A stretch of DNA of 64,000 nucleotides, from contig OZ253545.1 of the NCBI GenBank assembly GCA_965262615.1, positions 32,001 to 96,000 on the forward strand. Direction: 5' to 3'. Under the pieces are notes generated by a model. It did not search any database. It had not been told where the DNA came from and saw only the letters and a program-made list of their open reading frames with translations. The DNA comes from Alphaproteobacteria bacterium. GTDB lineage: Bacteria > Pseudomonadota > Alphaproteobacteria > GM7ARS4 > G965262615. The position numbers and the translations under genes were made by a program. Below are positions 9,040 through 18,590 of this stretch, piece by piece; within the stretch, counting starts at the first letter, position 1; every line of letters starts with the position of its first letter.

Positions 9040-9775
9040 TGTGTTCCTCTCTGTTATAGACGCGTTGAATGTTGGTGAGAAAAAGATTGCCGGTCTTACT
9101 GACGGCTCTGGCTTCATCTTGAATGTGAATGTTGATTTGAAAGTCATTTCTCCAGTTGCGTCCTTCAAAGCCGTTGTGAGGGATGACGGGATCATTCAAA
9201 AATATAGCGCGTCCTTCAAAATCATCGCGCAGGCGATCCAGCACGATGATATTGGGCGCAATGAGCAAGAAATTGCGAGCGAGATTTGAATTGTCCTCGT
9301 AGGTTTTGTGAAAGAAGCTCCAAGCGATGGCGAGGCTCATGGTTTTGGTCTTGCCGCTGCCTGTTGCCATTTTGACAACCAATCTGCGCCAATGCTCTGG
9401 AAACATACCAGCTGACACCGCCCCTGAGCTGTCAAAACGCATGAGGTCGTATTTGTCTTTGAATTCAATCACCTCATGCAGATAAATGATGGTTTCTATG
9501 GCTTCTCTTTGAGCAAAATAGTATTGAAAAAGCGAGCCATCCTCTTGAGGGTGGTCGGTTGCAAACCACCATGTGAGAAGGGCGCGGCTGGTGGCGGAGC
9601 ATCCCTCGTAGTTTGTGTCACGCCATTTTTTGACGGCGGTGCGTAATTGCTCCACCAGAGGCGGCAGCAGACAATCATACCCCATGCTTTTCAGCCCATC
9701 AGGCGTGGGATACCAACGCGTTGACGGGTCAACAATGTCATGAGGCGATAAAGGAAAATCCTTACCAAGAGGCAT
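9026..9775 (-). pseudogene. res: Truncated type III restriction endonuclease Res subunit (N-terminal 249 aa only)
   Basis: YYFAQREAIET, Walker A KMATGSGKT, LLIAPNIIVLDRL and LTNIQRV. The ORF runs into the att repeat and stops before the DEAH box, helicase C-terminal and nuclease domains. Confidence 0.88.
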
Positions 9776-9802
9776 AATCCTGTCCTTTCTTTTGGTCTGT
9801 TT

Positions 9803-12031
9803 TCATATCCTTACCTCAATTACGGTCATGGAGTCGTTGCCGAATATGTCTACCACTTTGATGGCGACTTTGCGAGTGCCTGAGTCGCATTCTATGGGGG
9901 TGGTGATGAATTCCAGTTGTTTGTTTTTCTTGGTGCGGAAGCTTTGCCATTCGTTTTCAAAGATGAAGTTTCCTGTGGTCATGACATCCATCTCTGTGCC
10001 GTCCTTGCCATCGGTGAGGATGACTTCGGGCTTGCTTTCGTAGTTGAAATCCACCGACCAGTAGTCAATCCAGTCCGACCATTTTTTGGTGATGGTTTGC
10101 TGGGAACAAATGCCGTTGGTGTCCTTGCTGATTTTAACAAGCTGCCCGCGCTCCAGTATGATGGTGCTGCCGCCGTTTTTGAGGTTGGCGATGGCGGTCT
10201 CCATGGTGCCCTCATTGTAGGCGACCGAAAACCCAGTGAGTTCTATTGCCAGCATGGTTTTTTTGCCCTTGCCTGTGATGTGAGGCTTGGCTTCAATGTA
10301 GGCGATGTCGTGAAACACCACCTGATTGCGCTCCACGGCTTTTTTGTCAAACACATCACGGGGGATGTATTTGAGAGCCAGCATCACCCCTTGTTGCTTG
10401 GCTTCTTCTTGAGCGTGGGTGTTGAGGGACATTTCAAACTCAAAGGCAAGAATATCCACATTGATGATGCCGCGCCGTTTGCATTCCGCCACCACCTCAT
10501 CCACAAAATGACCCGTGACCGGCAGATTGATGGGACCCACCACCACCATGTGATTGCCCTTTTTGCCATGAAACATGGCGTCCGATGCAATGGACTCGGC
10601 GGCATAAGCTCGCAAAATGAGCCTGAGATAGTCCTGTTCTTTGACGCGCCATTGTTGAGCCTGTTGGTCATCATTGAGGTTGGTGTTGATGCCCACATAG
10701 TGCTGTCGCTCATACTTGCCCAGATTGAGAATCTCAAACGCGCGATAGTCCATGCCGTTCTTTTTGAGCTGTCGCTGCACATTGATCATGCGCTTTTTGG
10801 TGGTGTGAATGGCGAATTTGCCCAAGTCGGAGCAGATCCACTTGCGTCCCAGCTTTTCCGCCACCGCCGCGGTCGTCCCCGAACCACAAAAAAAGTCAGC
10901 GACAATATCGCCTTCTTTTGTACTAATATTTAAAATCCTCTCTAAAAGGTCTTCAGAATTTTCTGTAGGATATTTTGTTGTAAAAGAATATCCCGGAATA
11001 TCTGTCCAATTTGTATCTAAAGCCATTGTATCAGATGGCTTTACATAATACTCAAGACTATTTAGCTTCTCATTGAACCTCAATGTACCTTCGTCTATCA
11101 TTCTTTCCATGCGCTTTTGATTAAACTTAAAATGTTTCCCCGACGGCGGATAAAAAACCCGCCCAAACAAATTTCTTTCTCTTGGCTTCCTTTCTCCATC
11201 ACTATCATCCGTTCTTCTCCAATAGCCTTCTCTTATCTTGTCTCTTTTTTTGTCAATATTTATGAATTGAGAATCCTTTGATTGGAAATATACGAAAAGC
11301 GTATCTGTCGCGACAGGCAGAGAAAGTCTTCCTTGAGAAGTGACATTTTTTTTAATTCTATTTACCAGAATTTCTGACTGGAAATGTTCTTTTCCAAAAA
11401 CTTGGTCGAGCATAACCTTGACATAGTGTCCCCAGTGATGGTCAATTCTTAAAAAGAAAATTCCATCATTTGAAAGCATATCTTTCATTAATTGAACACG
11501 CTCAAAAAGCATACTTAAAAAAGTGTTCCCTTGGTTGCCCCATGTATTTCTATATGCAAATTCCTCCAGAATGGATGGGCTTTTGACAAATGGCTCGTTA
11601 GAATTATCATCACCAATATCTACCTTAATAGAGTAATCCAAACCAGCACTAAATGGTGGGTCAATATAGATGAGTTTGATGCCTCCTGCCTCCTCAATCG
11701 TGCGGCGCGTGTTGCCGCTTTTGAGGGATGACAAAATGAGTCTATTATCGCCCCAGATGAGTTTGTTTGCCCAGCCGCTGATTTGTCTGCCGCTGTGGGC
11801 ATCAAACAATTCCCCTTGCTGATGCCGCACCTCTTCGCTACGGGGTTCATCCACCTGTTCAATGGTTTGAAAGGGCAGCACCACATTGGTGACATCCTTG
11901 GTCTTGCCATTCCACACCAGCTCCACCTCTCGCTGGTCACCAAACAACAAAAACCGATACTTCTCGTCCAACGCCTTGCCATCCTCAAGCAAGCGGGTGA
12001 TATCTCTGATTTCATTGTCGCTCAAACGCAT
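9803..12031 (-). CDS. mod: Type III R-M modification subunit (N6-adenine DNA methyltransferase)
   Basis: NKLIWGDN, motif IV IYIDPPF, motif I ADFFCGSGTTAAVAEKLGRKWI, and C-terminal IAIKVVDIFGND-type motif (VAIKVVDIFGND). Lies directly upstream of res. Start at 12031 preferred over 12079. Confidence 0.93.
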   Translation of the reverse strand: MRLSDNEIRDITRLLEDGKALDEKYRFLLFGDQREVELVWNGKTKDVTNVVLPFQTIEQVDEPRSEEVRHQQGELFDAHSGRQISGWANKLIWGDNRLILSSLKSGNTRRTIEEAGGIKLIYIDPPFSAGLDYSIKVDIGDDNSNEPFVKSPSILEEFAYRNTWGNQGNTFLSMLFERVQLMKDMLSNDGIFFLRIDHHWGHYVKVMLDQVFGKEHFQSEILVNRIKKNVTSQGRLSLPVATDTLFVYFQSKDSQFINIDKKRDKIREGYWRRTDDSDGERKPRERNLFGRVFYPPSGKHFKFNQKRMERMIDEGTLRFNEKLNSLEYYVKPSDTMALDTNWTDIPGYSFTTKYPTENSEDLLERILNISTKEGDIVADFFCGSGTTAAVAEKLGRKWICSDLGKFAIHTTKKRMINVQRQLKKNGMDYRAFEILNLGKYERQHYVGINTNLNDDQQAQQWRVKEQDYLRLILRAYAAESIASDAMFHGKKGNHMVVVGPINLPVTGHFVDEVVAECKRRGIINVDILAFEFEMSLNTHAQEEAKQQGVMLALKYIPRDVFDKKAVERNQVVFHDIAYIEAKPHITGKGKKTMLAIELTGFSVAYNEGTMETAIANLKNGGSTIILERGQLVKISKDTNGICSQQTITKKWSDWIDYWSVDFNYESKPEVILTDGKDGTEMDVMTTGNFIFENEWQSFRTKKNKQLEFITTPIECDSGTRKVAIKVVDIFGNDSMTVIEVRI

Positions 12032-12209
12032 CAGGGCATGATAAGCACATCGGCACGGAATGAAAAGCCAGAAAAACATTATATTTACTTATAATGAGTT
12101 AAGAGTTACCAAAAAATCTTTGCTCGTTGAATAGCTCTGTCAGGTAAGGTAGATTATTCTCAAGGAGGGTAGTTCTGTCCTATTCTGGACAATCAGAAGC
12201 AGAACTATA

Positions 12210-14222
12210 ATGGTTGTGCCAGTGGGTTGGATAAGTCAGCTAATAGGGAAATTTACGGGGTGGTTTTGTCGTGTCCTGAAAAGATTCACTGACCCTTCTT
12301 CTGATAAAAACGAAAACTCATCGCCTGATGCCTCTACGCCAATTCCACCTCAACTACACCCCAACACTCACCCGCCAATTTTGCCAGAACATCAATCTTC
12401 CACCGAAGATAATCAAAGCGAGCAAAACCAAAAAGTCAAAGGAAATCATCCCGCAGACATTCCAGGGCGACGGAATCCGAAGCACACAGAATCAGAGCCC
12501 GAAGCTAAGGAAAAAGAATCGTCATCCTTCCGTCCTCAATTGATGTGTCGGAGAAAGGCTGGTGCTTGGCAGGTTATTGTGTCTGGGAATGAGGAGTGTC
12601 CCATCAAAGGGGTGCGTCTTGGGAATCAAGATTTGGAGGTCATCAATCAAGAATGTCCCATAGACTCACTGGAGGGACATCTTGTCACTTGGTCTGAAAA
12701 TGGGGATAAACGCGAAGTCGCGTTATTCAATGGCGAGCCTCTCATTTTCAAATTTTCAAAAAACTGGAAGGGCACGGAGATTTCTCAAATCACGAACGGT
12801 CATTTCATCGTCATCGCTCCTGCCGAATGGACAAGGGTGGGCGACAGGCGAGACGCTGGTGGGGCGGAGCCTTGTAAAGATGAAAAATTCAGGGCGCATT
12901 TTTTCTCTCGGAATAAAAATGATTCGGATGAGGAAATCAAAGGTTTTGAAGGACAGCCGCCCCTTCCTGTTGGTTTGAGCATAGAATGGGATGGCGAGAG
13001 AGTCTTTGATGACTCGGCGGACGAAGGCATCCTGTTCGTTGGAGATGCTCCAAAGCCCGTATTGTCACCAGATATTGCGAGCGCACGAGTTGTAGAGGAA
13101 ACGGAAGATGGTGGCGGTTGGGGGGAGAACTTTATTCCAAGTGATGAGAAACTTGCAAAAGTTTTGAACGGCAGAGAGGGACATTTTTCTCTTCGCATTT
13201 ACGCGCGTGGATCAAGGCGTGAGCTTGATAGCAAGCAGTTTCGTTATATGAGTCAATTGAAAGAAATCCGTGTTGATGATGAGTCATATACAGCCGCCAC
13301 CGCTATCGCGCCCACATCTGCAGGATATTCACCAACGGAAGTGCAATTCATTGCCAGAGACGGCAGCAGGCTGACTCCGAAATCATTACCCGAATTTTCT
13401 CATGCGAAGCTGGTGGGGGATGTCATTAAAGTTCCACCACACCATAAAGCAGATCGCATTGTTTGTGCTCTTGAGACAAAGACCAATGATGTGCAGATTG
13501 TGTTACAGCTGCCAAAAATATGGTGGCGATTGGAGAGCGATGGCGATGATGCGGGTGAATGGAGTGACAAACCCATCACCATGACACGAGAGGAATTTCG
13601 TGATCATGCTCGCGATGAGATAAAGATTTCAATCTTATCCAAGCGATGCAAATTGGTGCATACGGGATTCAACGACAAGCGGGATAAACAATACTCCCGC
13701 AAAGAGCAGGATGAGTGCATTCAAATTCCCTTGTATGCATTTGATGACAGGCTGCCAACTGAGCCAGAATCTCGTGCCCCTCTTCAATTCAATGTTGAAT
13801 GGATGGGAACAGTCACGACACTCATTCAGTTTGTTTCGCGACAAGGTGCAAGTGAAACAAAGTCGCTCCCTCGCACCGTAAAGCCAAGTTCCAAAAATGA
13901 AGTAAAGGGCGTTAAAAGAAACTACGGTTCTGATTCGTTACGAGATACGAGTAGAAAAAAGCCGCCCACTCTTCCAAAAGTCAGGCTCATCAAGCCAGAA
14001 GCCACCGCCGTTTGGCTGGTGGAGAATAGTTCTCTCACTTTTAAGCAGATTGCGGATTTTGTTGACATGCATGTTCTGGAGATTCAGGCAATTGCGGATG
14101 GCGAAGCTCATGCCGACCTTATAGGTGAAGACCCCGTTAAAGAATTGCATCAGCTCACCAGAGAAGAGATTGAACGCTGTGAAAAAGACCCAGAAGCTTC
14201 TCTCAGACTTAAAGAAATTTAG
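12210..14222 (+). CDS. Hypothetical 670-aa protein with a C-terminal DUF1013/TrcR-like module; partner of the downstream helicase
   Basis: Pro/Gln-rich disordered N-terminus, beta-rich core and basic linker. Ends LIKPEATAVWLVENSSLTFKQIADFVDMHVLEIQAIADGE...DPV...QLTREEIERCEKDPEASLRL, which matches the DUF1013 N-terminal consensus as recalled. Confidence 0.8.
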   Translation: MVVPVGWISQLIGKFTGWFCRVLKRFTDPSSDKNENSSPDASTPIPPQLHPNTHPPILPEHQSSTEDNQSEQNQKVKGNHPADIPGRRNPKHTESEPEAKEKESSSFRPQLMCRRKAGAWQVIVSGNEECPIKGVRLGNQDLEVINQECPIDSLEGHLVTWSENGDKREVALFNGEPLIFKFSKNWKGTEISQITNGHFIVIAPAEWTRVGDRRDAGGAEPCKDEKFRAHFFSRNKNDSDEEIKGFEGQPPLPVGLSIEWDGERVFDDSADEGILFVGDAPKPVLSPDIASARVVEETEDGGGWGENFIPSDEKLAKVLNGREGHFSLRIYARGSRRELDSKQFRYMSQLKEIRVDDESYTAATAIAPTSAGYSPTEVQFIARDGSRLTPKSLPEFSHAKLVGDVIKVPPHHKADRIVCALETKTNDVQIVLQLPKIWWRLESDGDDAGEWSDKPITMTREEFRDHARDEIKISILSKRCKLVHTGFNDKRDKQYSRKEQDECIQIPLYAFDDRLPTEPESRAPLQFNVEWMGTVTTLIQFVSRQGASETKSLPRTVKPSSKNEVKGVKRNYGSDSLRDTSRKKPPTLPKVRLIKPEATAVWLVENSSLTFKQIADFVDMHVLEIQAIADGEAHADLIGEDPVKELHQLTREEIERCEKDPEASLRLKEI

Positions 14223-14273
14223 TCATTGACGAATGGGAGAAGAGGGCTCACCCTATATCCGTTGAGGAGCGGC

Positions 14274-17200
14274 ATGATGGCAAACGAAGTTGATATAAAG
14301 CATCTCAAGCAATGGACGAAGAGAATTCACCAACGCTATGTGGATTATTTGACCACCTCATTCTTTTTCTCAGACCCTGATTTGCGCCGATCGTTTCGTG
14401 ATGCTCTTGGCAAAGAGGGAAGGCTGCAGAAAGAGGCTTCAGAAGAACATTTTGAATTCAAAAAGGGAATGCACGCTCATCAATTGGCGGAAAAAATTTT
14501 TGCAGGCAAAAATGTGAGTGATCTTAAGCACGCATTAATTGGTGATGCGTTGTATGACCATCAAGAACAAGCCATCAAAAATGCCTTTGCGAAGCAAAAG
14601 AATTTGGTTGTTGCTACTGGGACTGCCAGTGGCAAGACCGAGAGTTTTCTTTATCCCATTTTGTTTGAATTATTTCGCCAGCACCTTGCGGGAGATTTGA
14701 AAAATCCTGGGGTGCGCGCCATGATTCTGTATCCCATGAATGCACTGGCGAACGACCAGCGCGAACGCTTGGGAGAAATTTGCAAGAAATTGAAAGAGGC
14801 AGGCTCTCAGTTCAAACCGACATTTGGGCAATACATTGGGCAAACTCCAGAGGACGAAAAAAACGAGTGGCGCAATGCGTCCGAGCGCGAAAAAAATCGC
14901 TTAGATGGGGAACTGGTTTTTCGTAAAGAAATGCGTGACACACCGCCTCACATTTTATTGACCAATTATTCAATGCTGGAATATTTGCTCATTCGCCCCA
15001 AGGATACTCCTCTGTTTGATGGTGACAGAGGCGCGCATTGGCAGTTTCTCGTTCTGGATGAGGCGCATCAGTATCGCGGTGCCAAGGGGATGGAAATCGG
15101 CATGCTGATGCGGCGTCTCAAGCAGCGATTGCGTGACGGGGGGCGGCAAGATTCTTTTCGCTGCATCGCCACCAGTGCCACCATGTCATCGCGCGAAAAT
15201 CAAGAAGACAGAAAGGCGATTGCCGAATTCGCCAAAAAACTTTTTGACGAGCCTTTTGCCGAGGATGACATCATATTTGGCAAAAGGGAAAAGGTTAAAG
15301 ATGAAAGCACGCCGAGCCGCCATCATGCCTTTTTGCGTGGGCTTCAGGGTGCGTTTCTTGTCCATAAGAATGGCAAGGACACTGTGGCACTCAATCGCAA
15401 GGATGAGGACGACAGCAAAGAAAAAAGCGAACCTCTTGAGATCGCGCTGTGCCGCGAATGCGGACAACATTATTATGTCGGCAAAGAACAAGATGGCAAA
15501 CTGAGAGAAGGAATTCGCGATCCCAGTCATGAAGAATTCGGCGTGGATTACTATCTGCCAGATGAAACGGGGAAAGGAGTTTTATGTCGGCAATGTGGGG
15601 CTCTTGCGAAGTCATCATGCGATTGCACAAATTCGGCGTTCATTGCCGTCAAGAAATGCAAATCTCACAAAGAGCATCCCGACGAATTGGAGAAGTGTGA
15701 GGCTTGCGGCTATGGGCGTGGCAGCATTGGTGACCCTGTGCGAGAGATTGTGCATGGCTCGGATGGACCGGGCACTGTGATCGCCACCACTGTGCATGAG
15801 GTGCTACACGAATTTCTTCCCGAAGACAAACGCAAAATTTTGGCTTTTGCCGACAGTCGCCAGCGAGCGGCATTCTTTGCTTGGTATATTGAGGATTCCT
15901 ACAGGAATATTCTTCACCGCAATCTCATTTACAGAGCGATGAACTCCGAAGACATTGCGGATGAAGGTTTAACCATCAACGACTTGACCCATTGCGTGTA
16001 TAAATTGTGGGAAAAGATTGGACTCTTTGAAAAACCAAGTGCAAGTAAGGCGGAAAAATCCCGTGAAGTGTCAGAATCCGTTCTGCGCGAGGCGGTGACT
16101 GATGATAAAAGGAGGTCTTTGAGTGGTGTTGGCTTGGTGAAATGGTCTGTCAAATTACACCCGAATTTGAAGCTGCCCCCCGAAATGCTTCAACCGCCGT
16201 GGAATTTCAGCGAGGATGATGCTTACGCTCTGATCCGTTATCTGCTGGACAATATGCGCTCGCATCAAAGAGCCATAAGTTTGCCAGAAGATAGTAAAAC
16301 CGCAAAATGGGCGGATATATCACCGTATGAGCAGAAGCCAAAGGGGAAGACACTTGTGCAATGGTGTAACACAAAAAATACCATTGTTGGTTGGTTTCTT
16401 CACAGAATTCTTGACGCAAAAGAAAGTGGGCTATCGGATGAAGAGAAGCACTCTTGTGCCGCAAAACTCCTGCGCAAGATTTGGTATGAATTGCGAGATT
16501 TACCAGAAAATGATCCTATGCTCATGCGTATATCGCACCGTAGCGACGCGTTTCTTCTGAATTGTGGCTGGGTGCGGGTAAAGCTGGCAAAGCCTGATGA
16601 AATTTGGCGTTGTGAAGACTGCACCACGCTCAGTAGCCATAACATTCGCGATGTTTGTCCGCGCAAGGGGTGTGGTGGCATGTTGAAACCTGTTGATGAG
16701 GATAAGCAGAAGGTTCTTGAAGGAAATCACTATCGCAAGCTCTATAAAAACGCTCATCTGCCGCCGAAACTGCGCGCGAAGGAACACACCGCTCAGATTG
16801 AGGCGAATGAGGCGGCTCAAAGACAGAGCGAATTCAAGGATGGTAAAATTCATCTGCTGAGTTCCTCCACCACATTTGAGTTGGGTGTTGATCTTGGCGA
16901 TTTGGATTGTGTTTTTCTGCGTAATGTTCCGCCAGAGCCGTTCAATTATGTGCAACGGGCTGGTCGTGCGGGGCGAAGAGATTCTCCGGGTCTGGTCTTG
17001 ACCTATTGCGACCGCAATCCGCATGATCTCTATCATTACGAAGACCCCGAACGCATCATGAAAGGTGAGGTGCGTCCGCCACAGCTGCACATGACCAACC
17101 ATAAGATTGTATCACGCCACATGGTGGCTGCCGTCTTATCTGAATTTTTTAGGGCACATCCAGAACGGTTTGAAAGTGTGGAGAGCTTTGTTGACGATTG

Positions 17201-18563
17201 GGAAGGCATGGAAGACCCGCAAGTGGCAAGTGACATTCGTCAATTTTGCAAAAAGAACAGCCAATTGAAAGAATCTTTGTGTCGCATCGTGGATGAGAAT
17301 ATGCACAAGAAAGTCGGGCTCAAGGATGATGCGTGGATTGATGAAATTGCGGGCAAAGACAGTCGTCTTGTTAAGGCGGTGAAGGAGGTTTTGAACGACC
17401 ATAAAAAACTGGAGGAAATTCTTGGAAAACTCAGTAAAGAAAAAAAATATCAAGAGTGCGACCAAATAGTGAAGCGTCAAAACACCATCAAAGGTGAGAG
17501 GGTTCTTGATTTTCTTTCACGCAAAGCGGTCATTCCCAAATACGGCTTTCCTGTTGATGTTGTTGAGCTTGACATCCATTCTGGTGATAAGAATGTTTCG
17601 CTCCAGCGCGACCTATCTCAGGCAATTGGCGAATATGCGGCGGGCAGCAAGGTGGTGGCTGATAAAAAGGAATGGATTCCCTACGGCATTAAGACAATTG
17701 CTGGTAAAAGGTGGAAGGAGCAGTATTACCACTACACCAATGCTCGCGACTTTAAGAATTGGAGCGAAGGTGAAAGCGAAGACGAAAAAGACAAACAGGG
17801 GCGTCAATATCTCATTCCAGAGTTTGGTTTTGTCACTGAGTGGTTCAAAAAAGCTCCAGAGCCACGGAGAGGGGCGCGCCGTCTCTACACGACGCGTCCT
17901 TTCTTTCCTGGTTTCAAGGATCAAAAAGAGCCAGAGTCCAAAAATATAGCGGGTGTGAATGTCACTCCCGCCACCCCTGGCACTCTGGTGATCCTTTGTG
18001 AAGGAAGAAAAAGAAATGGTTTTTATATTTGTCCTGATTGCGGTACTCAAAGAGCAGAGCGCGAGATTCCCCACAAAACACCGTGGGGTTCAACATGTAG
18101 GACACCGCCGCGTCCTTTTTCCCTCGGTCACGAATTGGAGACCGATGTTGTGTGTCTTCATTTTCCGAATCTGTGTGATGAATGGGAAGCTTATTCCGTT
18201 GCCTATGCGATGTTGTTGGGTGCGGCGGATAGATTGGGCGTTCCCGATAATGATTTGAATGTCACCATCACGGGAGGTAAAGGTAAAGACGAGTACGCAG
18301 TCGTACTTTATGACAATGTTCCAGGCGGAGCAGGTCTGGTGGCGCAGCTTGAGAAAGAAGATGTTTTTTGTGATATCCTTAAGAGTGCCGAAGCGCGTGT
18401 TCAAGGTCAATGTGGCTGTGATTCAAGTTGTTACGGTTGTCTTCGAAGCTATCGCAATCAGTTCGCACATGCAGACCTCAATCGGCAACGGGCAAAGGAA
18501 ATTCTCGAAAGTTGTGTGGGACAAATGGTTGGACAGGCAAGCTTGCCTTCCCTCAAAACATAG
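14274..18563 (+). CDS. Large DEAD/DEAH-box helicase with Cys clusters and C-terminal DUF1998 (Druantia DruE / MrfA-related)
   Basis: Q motif LYDHQ, Walker A ATGTASGKTE, YPMNALANDQ, TNYSMLE, LDEAH, ATSAT, FADSRQRAA, EHTAQ, STTFELGVDLG, YVQRAGRAGRR, LYDNVPGGAG and CGCDSSCYGCLRSYRNQ. GAGGAG RBS before the ATG at 14274. Confidence 0.92.
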   Translation: MMANEVDIKHLKQWTKRIHQRYVDYLTTSFFFSDPDLRRSFRDALGKEGRLQKEASEEHFEFKKGMHAHQLAEKIFAGKNVSDLKHALIGDALYDHQEQAIKNAFAKQKNLVVATGTASGKTESFLYPILFELFRQHLAGDLKNPGVRAMILYPMNALANDQRERLGEICKKLKEAGSQFKPTFGQYIGQTPEDEKNEWRNASEREKNRLDGELVFRKEMRDTPPHILLTNYSMLEYLLIRPKDTPLFDGDRGAHWQFLVLDEAHQYRGAKGMEIGMLMRRLKQRLRDGGRQDSFRCIATSATMSSRENQEDRKAIAEFAKKLFDEPFAEDDIIFGKREKVKDESTPSRHHAFLRGLQGAFLVHKNGKDTVALNRKDEDDSKEKSEPLEIALCRECGQHYYVGKEQDGKLREGIRDPSHEEFGVDYYLPDETGKGVLCRQCGALAKSSCDCTNSAFIAVKKCKSHKEHPDELEKCEACGYGRGSIGDPVREIVHGSDGPGTVIATTVHEVLHEFLPEDKRKILAFADSRQRAAFFAWYIEDSYRNILHRNLIYRAMNSEDIADEGLTINDLTHCVYKLWEKIGLFEKPSASKAEKSREVSESVLREAVTDDKRRSLSGVGLVKWSVKLHPNLKLPPEMLQPPWNFSEDDAYALIRYLLDNMRSHQRAISLPEDSKTAKWADISPYEQKPKGKTLVQWCNTKNTIVGWFLHRILDAKESGLSDEEKHSCAAKLLRKIWYELRDLPENDPMLMRISHRSDAFLLNCGWVRVKLAKPDEIWRCEDCTTLSSHNIRDVCPRKGCGGMLKPVDEDKQKVLEGNHYRKLYKNAHLPPKLRAKEHTAQIEANEAAQRQSEFKDGKIHLLSSSTTFELGVDLGDLDCVFLRNVPPEPFNYVQRAGRAGRRDSPGLVLTYCDRNPHDLYHYEDPERIMKGEVRPPQLHMTNHKIVSRHMVAAVLSEFFRAHPERFESVESFVDDWEGMEDPQVASDIRQFCKKNSQLKESLCRIVDENMHKKVGLKDDAWIDEIAGKDSRLVKAVKEVLNDHKKLEEILGKLSKEKKYQECDQIVKRQNTIKGERVLDFLSRKAVIPKYGFPVDVVELDIHSGDKNVSLQRDLSQAIGEYAAGSKVVADKKEWIPYGIKTIAGKRWKEQYYHYTNARDFKNWSEGESEDEKDKQGRQYLIPEFGFVTEWFKKAPEPRRGARRLYTTRPFFPGFKDQKEPESKNIAGVNVTPATPGTLVILCEGRKRNGFYICPDCGTQRAEREIPHKTPWGSTCRTPPRPFSLGHELETDVVCLHFPNLCDEWEAYSVAYAMLLGAADRLGVPDNDLNVTITGGKGKDEYAVVLYDNVPGGAGLVAQLEKEDVFCDILKSAEARVQGQCGCDSSCYGCLRSYRNQFAHADLNRQRAKEILESCVGQMVGQASLPSLKT

Positions 18564-18590
18564 GTATCATAAGGGCTTGCAGGGCACTCT

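Noticed and set aside
9917-10933. Long antisense ORFs (also 39265-40179, 53589-54545, 6055-6906, 5090-5788)
   Set aside because: They lie opposite well-supported genes, have no recognisable motifs, and are expected from codon bias.
9026-18563. Complete DISARM or classical Druantia type I/II system
   Set aside because: No PLD nuclease (DrmC), SNF2 helicase (DrmD), separate DrmB, cytosine methylase or DruA-D-like genes are recognisable; the MTase is a type III Mod paired with res.
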